From: Octopus vulgaris
Lineage: Eukaryota
Direction of reading: 5' to 3'
DNA length: 64,000 bases
Assembly: GCA_951406725.2 (NCBI GenBank)
Contig: OX597818.1
Location: 32,798,001 to 32,862,000 of the forward strand
Position 1 is the stretch's first letter, and every line of letters starts with the position of its first letter. The notes beneath the pieces were generated by a model, which had not been told where the DNA came from, made no database searches, and saw only the letters and a list, made by a program, of their open reading frames with translations. Both the position numbers and the translations under genes were made by a program. This document shows positions 40,008 through 52,139 of this stretch, piece by piece.

Positions 40008-40867
40008 TATAAAGTTAGAAAGAGAAAATAGAAAAATAAAGAGACAGAACTTTATAAGAAAGATAGCAGCAGGCAAGTGTTAACAGTTATAAATCCTAGT
40101 GAAAATCTATTAAAACCGCTTCTTTCTCACTTGAATTCACAGAGAAACAAGGTATTTCAGCAGGTTCCTAGGTTATCAATTTTTTCGAAGCATTTTATAT
40201 CTTGCTCAGTCTTATCACCAGCTTTGGCGCCGGATTTGGGTTGAACTTTTAACCTTCGCATAATGGCAGGTCACTCTCCACGATCTTTCACTTAATTCAA
40301 TTAAAATGAATATCATGTTTTTGAAAGTCTTGAAATCTATAAATATTGCCTGTGGAGACTTACTGCTTTAATATTGCTTATTATAACATTGTTATCTTTG
40401 CCATTAGCCAAGCATCGTGTCTAATTATTAACAAATTAGTATGGAGTGAAGGGATGGAGAAGTCTTTAGCTATGTGCGTAATTTAAATAATGAGAAATAT
40501 TAAACAACAACACAGAAAAGTTAGAAAGCAAAGGAAATGAAATTGATGGCTATAGAATATGAGATTGAGAGAGAAAGAGAGAGAGAAAGGGGTAGGGAAA
40601 AAGAGTGAGGGAGGGAGAAGAAAACCTCAAGGAAAATTGAATTGCAATTAATAGAATTATTGCCTCAAATTAATTCAATGATATCAGAATATAATACGCT
40701 CCTTCCTCAGCTTGTCTGTGGAATCTATTGTTTATCATCCGTAAACAATGAAGATGCGGAAGGCGTTGACGGCGACAACGAGAAGGCAATTCAAGACGTC
40801 AGTAAGGAAAAGGTAACTATTTGTACAGAGCATAGCAAATACAAGATTTCTCAAGCCTACATTCTAC

Positions 40868-40930
<63 letters not shown>

Positions 40931-40946
40931 GTTATTGTTGTTGTTG

Positions 40947-40989
<43 letters not shown>
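40868..40989. repeat. (TTA)n/(TTG)n compound microsatellite
   Basis: Direct reading. Confidence 0.95.
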
Positions 40990-41120
40990 CAACGTGGTCA
41001 GCACCATAATTGTTATCGGCATCTTCTAAACAATATTTGTTTAGAATTGCAATCAGGACCTTAGAAATCCCATACCTGGCGCCAAAGAAAAGAAGACATA
41101 GCAAAAAAGTATGCATATAT

Positions 41121-41180
41121 TAGTGGTTAGGATTCCTGGCTTTCACCCAGGCGGCCCGGGTTCGATTCCCGGCATGGGAA
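41121..41180 (+). tRNA. trnE: 5'-truncated tRNA-Glu(TTC), probable pseudogene
   Basis: TAGTGGTTAGGATT-CCTGG-CTTTCAC-CCAGG-CGGC-CCGGG-TTCGATT-CCCGG-CATGGGA-A. Anticodon and T arms are perfect, anticodon TTC. The first ~12 nt (5' acceptor and D-stem strands) are missing. Confidence 0.85.
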
Positions 41181-41190
41181 CGCTTATTTT

Positions 41191-41325
41191 CCCCGTAACT
41201 TAGCGGTTCGGCAAAAAGAGACCGATAGAATAAGTACTAGGCTTACAAAGAATAAGTCCTGGGGTCGATTTGCTCGACTAAAGGCGGTGCTCCAGCACGG
41301 CCGCAGTCAAATTCCTGAAACGAAT
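41191..41325 (+). mobile_element. SINE type B 3' half, fused to the tRNA-Glu fragment
   Basis: CCCCGTAACTTAGCGGTTCGGC..GGCCGCAGTCAAA. Confidence 0.88.
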
Positions 41326-41431
41326 GAGATTATCATCATTAAAGCAATAAACACGAACACGCATACACACAAATACACACACATACACACACACACACAC
41401 TCACACAACACACACACAAACATATTTTTTT

Positions 41432-41563
41432 ATTCTTTTATTTGTTTCAGTCATTTGACAGCGGCCATGCTGGAGCACCGCCTTTAGTCGAGCAAATCGA
41501 CCCCAGGACTTATTCTTTGTAAGCCTAGTACTTATTCTATGGGTCTCTCTTGCCGAACCGCTA
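41432..41563 (-). mobile_element. SINE type B 3' half, inverted relative to 41191-41325
   Basis: TTTCAGTCATTTGAC..GCCGAACCGCTAA. Confidence 0.88.
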
Positions 41564-41633
41564 ATCTTTTTTTTCTGGCATTTTGGATAGCTTAATACTT
41601 GGAGGGTACTACTGAATTTTATCTGAAATGCCC

Positions 41634-41760
41634 TTTTGCACGTTTCTACTGGAGACATTTTGCATGTTTCTACTGGAGCCATTTTGCATATTCCTAATGG
41701 AGCCATTTTACATGTTTCTACGGGAGCCATTTTACACGTTCCTGCGGGAGCCATTTTACA
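41634..41760. repeat. 24-bp minisatellite, about 5.3 copies
   Basis: Unit TTTT(G/A)CA(T/C)GTT(T/C)CTAC(T/G)GGAGCCA, head-to-tail with no spacers. Confidence 0.92.
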
Positions 41761-42484
41761 TATTTTTTTTAAGGAAATTGTTGGGATCCTTCATATCCTT
41801 TCGCTGAGTCTAACCTCCTTTTGCCGTTACTTGTTATTACATCTTCCCCTTTAATATTTATGCAATAAATGGCTGCCCTTCCCAAATACAGTTGTAATGT
41901 TGAAAAAAAAAACATCTGGTTTTTTATAATTTTATGACATGTGTGTATTGGGAAATACTCTTGAATTATTCATTCAGTTAGGACTTCACTCACTCTTGTG
42001 GGATCTACATTAAATGATTACACACACATGCATACGCACACGTACATGAACGAACGCACGCATACACACATGCATACGCATGAAGGCACACATACACACA
42101 TAAGCAAACCCGCACTTATGCACATTCACACGTAGATATATACTTACACAGAAGCACATATACACATTCACAGATACATATAAACTCACACACACACTCA
42201 TACATACACACACATACACACATATATACATACATGTGTTTATATGTTTATACATACATATATATATATATACACATACATATACATACATTTGTATATA
42301 CATGTATACACACACACAAACACCCACACATATATGGACATATGCATATATATATATATATAGAGAGAGTAATAGAGAGAGAAAGAAAGATATATATATA
42401 TATATATACATTTATACACACACACGCACACACACATACATATAAATATATATATATAACATATATGTATACATAAATTTATAC

Positions 42485-42544
<60 letters not shown>

Positions 42545-42546
<2 letters not shown>

Positions 42547-42780
42547 AGCACTACGTCGGTTACATAGACGAGGGTCCCGGCTGATACGATCAACGGAACA
42601 GATTTCTCGTGAAATTAACGTGCAGGTGGCTGAGCACTTCACAGACACGTGTACCCTTAATGTAGTTCTCAGGGAGATTCAGCGTGACACAGAGTGTGAC
42701 AAGATTGGCCATTTGAAATACTCATTTTTGCCAGCTGAGTAGACTGGAAGCAACGTGAAATAAATTGTCTTGCTCAAGAA
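42545..42780 (-). mobile_element. SINE type C, 5'-truncated
   Basis: Tail shared with 27002-27392. CORE-like CTCATTTTTGCCAGCTGAGTAGACTGG..GTCTTGCTCAAG. Confidence 0.82.
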
Positions 42781-42834
42781 GTTTTGGTAACAGTTATAGA
42801 GACACGAACTCATATTTAAATGCATGTGGTAAGT

Positions 42835-42899
<65 letters not shown>

Positions 42900-43099
42900 G
42901 CGTTTGTGCATATATATATGTATATTTATAAACATGCACAAACGCGCACATATGTATATATATGCATACTTACCACATGCATTTAAATATGAGTTCGTGT
43001 CTCTATAACTATTACCAAAACTGCAAATGTGAGGAAGCAAGAGGCATTGATTGTATTACATTCTAAGTTACATTAAAGTTTATTGTTACTGCTTATTCT

Positions 43100-43800
43100 T
43101 ATAAATAACATCTGGCACATTGGTTATCATCGTGGTTGTCTCTATCATCGTCAGTGTTTTTGGTATAGTTCTTTCAATGTTGTCATCGTTCTGTAGATGT
43201 TTTCATTGTTCTGTCGATGTTGTTGATGTTTTTCACTTTGTATTGTTATTATCTACCAATACATTTGCTGAAGTACAAGAAAATGCTAGAAAACCTGCGG
43301 AATTCTTGGATAACATTCCACGCGTCCCTTCGCAAGTGTATCAAATGGTAAAAAGCAATCCATCTTTCATTGGAACCCGGTTCGTTGATGAAAGATTCAC
43401 ACCTACTCCGCTCAGCAAGTCCTCATTCGCGCGTAATCAACTATCACGTGATGACATTCTATGCCCTCCAATCTTTAGCGAAACTTTCGTATGAGATTCC
43501 GTGAAAAATTTCTTTCAGTCACATTTCTTTTATCTTTCTTTGACTGGCGCCTCATACAGCTTTTTATTTTCCTTCTGTTTACTTCCTTCTTTCGACATAC
43601 TAAAGTTTGCCAACACTTATGCTGCTTTTTCTAACACCACTCACCGGCATTAGTAACACTACTCCATCTTAACTCCGCCTATAAGCATATTCCCGTATTG
43701 TTATGTGACTAACGCCTTTGTAGCTTCTACTTTCAAAGATTTGCAACTTTCTCGGTTTTCTTTGTTCTTCTTCCTTCAAATACAATGCATTTAAATTCTT
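43100..43800 (-). mobile_element. Possible decayed L1/Tx1 ORF1 (zinc-knuckle) remnant
   Basis: Weak: EGTRGMLSKNSAGFLAFSC has the spacing of an eroded EGxxxxCxxCxxxGHxxxxC knuckle. Confidence 0.25.
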
Positions 43801-43902
43801 ATTCAATACTACCATTTTCATTCAGATATTTCATTCCTATATATTTATATTTCACACCACATATCCATATCACACTTTCTGTTACGAAGCTTGATTTTTC
43901 AA

Positions 43903-44530
43903 TCACATGGTTTGGTGTTCAAACCAACTAAGCAGCACTTTGTGCAAGTGTCTTCTACTATAACTCCACTCAATGCTTTGTGAGTGGATTTGATAAACGG
44001 AAACTGCATGGATGCCCGTCGGACATCTATATCTATATAGATGTGTGTATGTGATAAGGCGGCGAGCTGGCAGAAACGTTAGCACGCCGGGCGAAATGCG
44101 TAGCCGTATTTCGTCTGCCGTTACGTTCTGAGTTCAAATTCCGCCGAGGTCGACTTTGCCTTTCATCCTTTCGGGGTCGATAAATTAAGTACCAGTTACG
44201 CACTGCAGTCGATGTAATCGACTTAATCCGTTTGCTTGTCCTTGTTTGTATCCTCTGTGTTTAGCCCCTTGTGAGTAATAAAGAAATAAGATGCGTGTGT
44301 ATGTGTGTGTGTGTATGTGTATGTGTGTGTGTGTGTGTGTTCGTGTGCTCATTTTATTTCACTGCTAAGCAACCGGTGTTATTTACTTACATATCGATCA
44401 GTGAGCAGCTTGACCAAAATTCTATGTACAAGATTTAAAAAAATATATAGTGGGGTCGATTTGTTAGAGTAAAATCTTCACGATGTTGCCCCAGCCTGGC
44501 CGCAGTCCCATGTCTGAAACAAGTAAAAGA
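43903..44530 (+). mobile_element. Old SINE type B interrupted by a type A SINE
   Basis: 5' part 43903-44025 and 3' part 44360-44530 are collinear with the type B consensus. Confidence 0.75.
44056..44288 (+). mobile_element. SINE type A, near consensus
   Basis: Full head, central domain and tail; imperfect TSD AGATG(CG)TGTGTATGTG. Confidence 0.92.
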
Positions 44531-44629
44531 GAGAAAATTAATATTTTCATGTGGCGTTTTGTAGGAATCTATCAATATCATGTATTGGTGTTTAATTTTG
44601 TGTTAGAGTTTGAAACCAATATCATATTT

Positions 44630-45006
44630 TTGTTTCAAATTCTGTCATAATTGGTAAATCAATTAGATTGACCCAAGTGCCCAACGGATATTTATTTTAT
44701 CGACTCCGAAAAGACGAAAGGCAAGGTCGACATCGGTGGAATTTGAACTCAGAGCATAAAGACTGACGAAATACCTATTTCTTTACTGCCCACCAGAGGC
44801 TAAACACAGAGAGGACAAACAAGGACAGACAAAAGGATTAAGTCGACTATATCGACGCCAGTGCGTAACTGGTACTTATTTAATCGACCCCGAAAGGATA
44901 AAAGGCAAAGTCGACCTCGGCGGAATTTGAACTCAGAACGTAACGGTAGACGAAATAAGCTACGCATCTTGCCCGGCGAGCTTACAATTCAGCCATCTCA
45001 CCACCT
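44630..45006 (-). mobile_element. Dimeric SINE type A
   Basis: Junction GAAATACCTATTTC at 44768-44781. Confidence 0.85.
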
Positions 45007-45435
45007 TATTAATAATAATGCCACGAATCTTATTTGGTTCACACCTTATTAAAACAAAATCTTATTTAAGAAAGAAAAAAAGTACATAACAACAACTCTA
45101 GCCTTAAAGAAAATATACTTTACATATATACCTATTCATAACACCTGTCATCTTCAATCATCTCTGCAGGAAGTCAAATATATTAACAATGTCTTAGCAA
45201 CACCACATATATTACCTTATTTGTTTCAGACCAATAAATATTTTCACCCTATAAGATTTTACTCTTTCTACAGAAATAAAACCGGATTTAATATATTAGA
45301 AAGTGTTTAGCTAATTAGAAAACGACGTCGTTTCTGAAAAATGAGTCGAAAATCCTTCATCTCATCTCTTCCTTTTTGAGAAACGCCACCCCAGACCTGG
45401 GTAAAATGTAACAGACACCGTTTTTAAAAAGGAAG

Positions 45436-45630
<195 letters not shown>

Positions 45631-45891
45631 TACATATATGTGTGGGAGGTCATAAATACAATAAAAAAAAACATTATGGTAATGTCTGGTATGTAATTTG
45701 GTCATCGGAGCTGAAAAAAGCAGAGTCAGTATTTTTGACTCAGCTTCACCATATAATTATAATATACTTTATTGATTACCTTCTTTATACCAGTAAATCT
45801 TTCAGACTACCCATCCAGTTCTATCTTTTAAATCATTTCTTTCATGCTTTATAACCATCGGCAGACATGTAACTATATAATCTCTCCTATC

Positions 45892-46304
45892 AAGGCGGCG
45901 AGCTGGCAGAACCGTTAGCACACCGGGCGAAATGTGTAGCCGTATTTCGTCTGCCGTTGCGTTCTGAGTTCAAATTCCGCCGAGGTCAACTTTGCCTTTC
46001 ATCCTTTTGGGGTCGATTAAATAAGTACCAGTTACGCACTGGGATCAATATAATCGACTTAATCCCTTTGTCTGTCCTTGTTTGTCCCCTCTGTGTTTAG
46101 CCCCTTGTGGGTAGTAAAGAAATAGGTATTTCGTCTGCCGCCTGAGTTCAAATTTCACCAAAGTCGACTTTGCTTTTTATCCTTTCGGGGTCGATTAAAT
46201 AAGTACCAGTTACACACTGGGGTCGATATAATCGACTTAATCCGTTTGTCTGTCCTTGTTTATCCCCTCTGTGTTTAGCCCCTTGTGGGAAGTAAAGAAA
46301 TGGG
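45892..46304 (+). mobile_element. Dimeric SINE type A with flanking TSD
   Basis: Junction GAAATAGGTATTTC at 46119-46132. TSD 45874-45890 versus 46305-46321 (14/17). Confidence 0.9.
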
Positions 46305-48054
46305 TATATAATCACACTTATTAATTAATTCGTTCTTTTTTTTATGCACTATTCATTAGGATTATTTTAAAATACGAGGAAATATAGCCTTCGACGTGAA
46401 TGGTACATACTGATTAGGTTGGAATTTAGCCTGGATTTGAACTTACAATGTGGAATACTGAAAGGCATTTAGTTTGGCAACATAATGTTTCTGTATTTCT
46501 ATGCTTTGTAGTGACTTAATCACGAATTTCCAATACAAATTTATAGTTGATTAAATTGAGCGCAAAACTGAACTATTAATTTTTCAATGAAAGTTAATCG
46601 GGTTCGAACTCAGAATAATGAAACATATAGATATTTTAGTTCGACAATCACATGTCAATCCACTGCTCGTTCTCATAGCTGCTCATAAAAAATATTTCTA
46701 AATTTGAAATAGTAATACAAAGTTTAGGGGAAAGAGAGAAATCTATTAAATTAACAATATTTCTTCACTTAACAAATACAACATCAACCGGAAGAATATA
46801 TGTTACAGACCTCAGTGGGATTTGAGAACAGAATTTAAAATGACGCAATTAAATACAGCAACATATTTTCGCCAGCGCTCTCCCGATTCTGCCATCCTTA
46901 CCTTACATTCCATTCGTTTATAACGAAAAATGCTTCAAATTTTAGGAGCCCGTGTAGGTAAATAGCCTCAAATATTTTATCCAAGACTTTATTTTTTCAA
47001 CCTCGGGATCCTTTAGCATAATGTCTGCCTCAATCAGATTTGAACTCAGAACATAAAAGGGAATAATTAAACATTAACAAGGGATTTTTTATCGATTTTC
47101 TTTTATGTCTGCTAATTCATTGCTATCACATCTTTTAAAAATAGTATATCTTGTTCTTTGTGAGTTTGAATTAAAATGCTCGGGTGAAATGTTGATAGCT
47201 GAGGACATATTCTGTGCGCTTGTGTACTAACATACCAACCCATTAAAATTATTCATCCTCAAACTGATTTTCTAGCAAGGGTGAAGCTAGAGACAGTTAT
47301 TAAACTCTAGAGATAAAGGCAAGTGATCGTGGATATTTAAGATGAAAGCAATTGTAATGGAGTTTCAGACAAATAAAAAAAACATACGCCCAGAAAAATC
47401 TGGTATATGTCATTTGGAATAAGATATTGAATTGATGGGTGCTATAACGGCAGAATCGTCAAAGTGTTGGACACAATTCCTTGTAGTACTCAGTTATAAA
47501 AATTTACTTTATCTCTGAGTTCAGACACCGTACGTTGCAATTTAGTTTTTGATAATTCTAGCATCGAAAAAAAACCCCAACAAATCTACCAATTACAGTG
47601 CGGCTTTCGATTATGATGACTATACCCTCTCTCCAGATATGTATGGCTTTGTAATTAGATTTCATTATTGTTATTTTTTATGAATTGAATCAAAAGATAA
47701 TAATTGAATTTATAGCTGTTCACGGTAGATCAAATTATATATATAGGTAGCCCTTTCTTGTTTATTTCCCTATATATACCGTCTCCGATAAAGGGATACT
47801 AATAATAAATATCCTAGAAACAGCTGTAAGACCTTCTATCTATAAATGCTCTAATATCTATACAGCCTTGGTTTTTTTTATCGTATTACGCAAAAAATTC
47901 TTATATAAATATATATATATATATATATAGAAATATTAAAATTACTAAGTCTCTCTAAAAGAGAACAGCGGCAGCGTTCCCGGAAAATCAGCGGCAATAC
48001 TCCGAAACGCGTCGAACAGAGATTGTCGGAAGCGACACCTACTGGCTGGCTACG

Positions 48055-48093
48055 CTGCATTGAAAAGGGCAATACTCCGAAACGCGTCTGTAG
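48055..48093 (+). ncRNA. Minimal type I hammerhead-ribozyme-like motif (U3-A8 core variant)
   Basis: CTGCA-TTGAAAA-GGG caatac TCC-GAAAC GC GTC-TGTAG: stem I, core, stem II, palindromic stem III and GUC site in the expected order. Confidence 0.5.
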
Positions 48094-48257
48094 TTGCCGG
48101 TCAAGTAGTGTGGAGCGACTGACCTCCCTTGTTCGAAGGTTATATGGATACAGTTTGTGTATCAAATAGCTAACTTAAGGCGATGGCCTCATGGAGCTAA
48201 TAAGCGGACAGCTTTTTTCTTATTTTTATAAGAATGCCATATTAGTATGGCGATAAC

Positions 48258-48328
<71 letters not shown>

Positions 48329-48821
48329 AACAGTTACTGTTGGAAGAACAGTTGGCAAGTGTATCCTAGCTAGGGTTCCAGGGCATTGTTTGTAACTGCT
48401 TTATTATAATACCCTGCAATATGAAACCCTACGTTAATTTAACATGTATAACTTATGTTCTAAGAATTCTTATTAAAGATTTTATGATACATATGGGATA
48501 CGGTATAGTTGATACTTATCAAATTAAAAAGCATTTCACTATATTTGTAGCAATATGTTCATACTACTGAATGCATAGAACTATAAAAGTCTAAACGCGA
48601 GGATTATTCCTCATCCATTTCGTCCTTAAAGCTCGATTTTTTTCATCTCACTAGTATAGTATGAAACAGCATTTTATTTTATGCACTTAGCTGATGCATC
48701 TAGTGTCGAGAGAGAAGGGCTTCAAAATTTGTGGGAGGGTCTTGAAGATGGCAACAAAGCATGTTGCCAGTTAGGCGTATGAACGAACAATATGCGTAAT
48801 GAATGGTAGTGGAACATGATT

Positions 48822-49060
48822 CTTTCTTTTATTCTTTTATCTTTTATTCTTTTATTCTTTCAATTGTTTCAGTCATTTGAATGCTGCCATGCTGGAGCAC
48901 TGCCTTTACTCGAGCAAATCGAACCCACGACTTATTCTTTGCATGCCTAGTACTTATTCTATCGGTCTCTTTTGCCGAACTACTAATTTACGGGAACGTA
49001 AACACAGCAGCATCGGTTGTCAAGCAATGTTGGAGGGACAAACACAGACAAACACACACA
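48822..49060 (-). mobile_element. SINE type B 3' half
   Basis: Reverse complement of the type B tail ending in a CA/TA microsatellite. Confidence 0.85.
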
Positions 49061-49118
49061 TATATACATACATACATACACACACACACATATATATACT
49101 TATATATATGTATATATA

Positions 49119-49155
<37 letters not shown>

Positions 49156-49209
49156 TTATATATATGTGTGTGTATATATATATATATATATATACTATAT
49201 ATATATACA

Positions 49210-49248
<39 letters not shown>

Positions 49249-49948
49249 GAGCAAATGATGTAGTAATCAATATACCTAGCATTATAGTAAACGTACATTA
49301 CTTTTCTATTAATTCAAATTTCCAACCGGAAAGACGCTTGTCAGTTGGCATATAAGGAAAAATTATACTTTGACGTGCAATCTGAAGAATGTTTCCAAGG
49401 CGAGAAGTTTGAAGTAATGAAAAATGATTTCACTTTCAGTTTTTATGTAGACGTGTGTTTGTGTGTGTCTGTATGTGTGTGTGTGTGCGCGCGTGTGTGT
49501 GTAGACATTCCTTTACACGTTCATATCACACTACAATAAAAGTATAATAAAAAGCCCGTGATATGTGTTTTGTGCCAATAACCTCCCAGTGATTAATAGG
49601 CAATAGTGTGCTATTCCCATTTACTTCTAAAATCTGCTATGCTGACCCATATCCACCTCTTCTACTCATCTCGCATTCATTCACACACGCGCGCGGGCGA
49701 GGACTTTTTCCACGAACGTAGAATATGTATGTCTAACATCTTCACATAGTTCTCTCCACATCAAACCTATATCTTTTCTGAAAGTTCACTTTCTCTCCTC
49801 TTCTCTCTCTCTTTCTCTGTCTCTCTGTCTCGTTCCTTTTCCCTCTCTCTTTCCTCTATCTCTCTCTCTCCCTTTATTTGTATGCTTACCTACCTACCTA
49901 CGTACCTAAATACTTAACCACCTTCATACTTACCTACTATCTACTATC

Positions 49949-50003
<55 letters not shown>

Positions 50004-50055
50004 GCCTCTCTCTCTCTATTTCTCTCTCTCTCTCTCTCTCTACAATTTATTATGA

Positions 50056-50122
<67 letters not shown>

Positions 50123-50226
50123 TATCTGTCTGTCTGTCTGCCTAACTACCTGTCTGTCTATCTCTCTCTCTATGCATGTATACATATATGTATCTATGTA
50201 CGTATGTATGTATGCAGGTATGTATA

Positions 50227-50303
<77 letters not shown>

Positions 50304-50620
50304 GTGTATGTATGTATGTATGTATGTATATGAATCTTGTTATTTCGATCGGTATTCTCATTCTATTACATTTTTCTACCAACATTTCCTGTCTCTAGCT
50401 CTCTTATTGTCAATCTTCCCTATTCCTTTTATATTCTTCCCCTCTCAACTCTCTCTCTCTCTCTCTTTCTCTCTCTCCCTGTCATGTTATAGCAATATTA
50501 TTCCTTTGTTCTATCTACGAATCATGTTCGTAGTTGTTACTCTCTTGGTCTGGTCGTACGTCTCTCTGTCCGTTTCTATATCTATCTGTTTATTTATCTA
50601 CCTTGTCTTTTATCTTTCAG

Positions 50621-51412
50621 TTGTTTCAGTCATTAGACTGGCCATTCTGGAGCATGTATGTATGCATGTGCTTGTCCAGTGTTATTACAAGATTTCTTGC
50701 CGATGGAGAAAGAGCCGGTTTTTAACCTAGATTCATGGCTCCTTCATTGGAATTTCAACATCTTTAGCAGAATATTTTTGTTTGTATGTATGTACGTATG
50801 TGTGCAAATTTGTCTTTTGCTTTATGTATGTATTCTCAAGCATATAGTCGCATATCTAGAAATGCTCATATATATTTAAATGATGTACGTATGCATGGCA
50901 TGTATGTATGCATGTATGTATACCTTCGTAGTAGACATAGAAACACAGCAAATTTATATGTATATTCATAGCTAGTAAATATGATGAATAGCCGCAATCT
51001 CTGTGTCTATCTATCTGTGGCCATGCTGGAGCATGTATATATGCATATGATTGTCCAGTTTTATTTCAAGATTTCTTGCCAATAAAGAACCGGTTTCTAA
51101 CCTAGATCCTAGGCTCCACATTGGAATCTCAACATCAACAACAGGGTATTTTTATTTGTATGTATGCACGTATGTATACATGTATGTGTGTATGTATATG
51201 TGCAGATTTGTATGTTTTGCTTTATGTATGTATTGCCATGCATATAGTTGTATATCTAGACATGCCCATATATATTTAAATGATTTAATTTCTAGAAAGT
51301 TTTACAGATTTTTACAGTTCAGTGATGGTCTGGATCTGTAGTCTTCGAATTAGCTTTCTCCTTTCTGGTTTTGAGAAGCCTAATTTTTCAAGATTGATGT
51401 TTAGGCAGTGTT
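50621..51412 (-). mobile_element. Two tandem 3' ends of an R4/Dong-like (RLE-type) non-LTR retrotransposon
   Basis: Minus 51412-51285 reads QHCLNINLEKLGFSKPERRKLIRRLQIQTIT-TVKICKTF, like the C-terminal helix of RLE elements. The 3' UTR is duplicated with an offset of about 379 bp and lies beside (TATG)n. Confidence 0.6.
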
Positions 51413-51453
51413 GTATGTATGTATGTATATATTCATGTATGTATGTATGTATG

Positions 51454-51487
<34 letters not shown>

Positions 51488-51545
51488 TGTATGTATGTAT
51501 GTATGTATGTATGTATGTATGTATGTATGTATGTATGTATGTATA
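51413..51545. repeat. (TATG)n microsatellite
   Basis: Direct reading. Confidence 0.95.
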
Positions 51546-52139
51546 AATGAATGCATATATGTGTCTGTCTGTCTGTCTATCTATCTGTCTATCTATCTGT
51601 GTGTCTGTCTGCCTATCTATCTGCCTATCTATCTGTCTATCTAGCTGTCTATCTATCTATATATCACTAATTGTAACTCCTAAATTCTTCCATATTTCCC
51701 TCTATACATATTATGCCTCTTCCTTATTTTCTATCCCTTCTTTTTACTCTCCCCTAATTTCTGTCTCTGTTTCTCTACCAACCTATCTTCTGTCCTCTCC
51801 TTTACCTTCCAACCACATTTCCCAAATTTCGTCTGCATCTCCTCTGCCTCCATTAAATTTTCCACACCTCATTTTTCATCATTTAACAGTAGTGTTCATG
51901 ATGTATTTCGAAAACTTTCTTAAATGAAGTTCTAAAACACGCGCCCTCTGTCCACCAATCCATCCATGCATCCATGCATCCATACACCCATCCATCCATC
52001 ATATCGTTCTTGTCTTACGATAAATGTTGACAACTTAGACGGAAATTACTGAACAACATGTAAGATTCCCCTTACCTCTCTCTCTCATCGCTAGGACTTT
52101 ATTTAACTATTGTAATTCTTCGTTCTTAATCATTACAAC

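Noticed and set aside
40080-40480. Repeat-free, enhancer-like unique sequence
   Set aside because: Regulatory function cannot be inferred without conservation or chromatin data.
41109-41180. Functional full-length tRNA-Glu gene
   Set aside because: The 5' acceptor strand cannot pair with CATGGGA and the D stem is incomplete.
41634-41760. CRISPR-like array or 8-aa repeat protein (MAPVETCK)n
   Set aside because: Units are contiguous with no unique spacers, no cas genes, and the context is eukaryotic; the ORF runs into SINE sequence.
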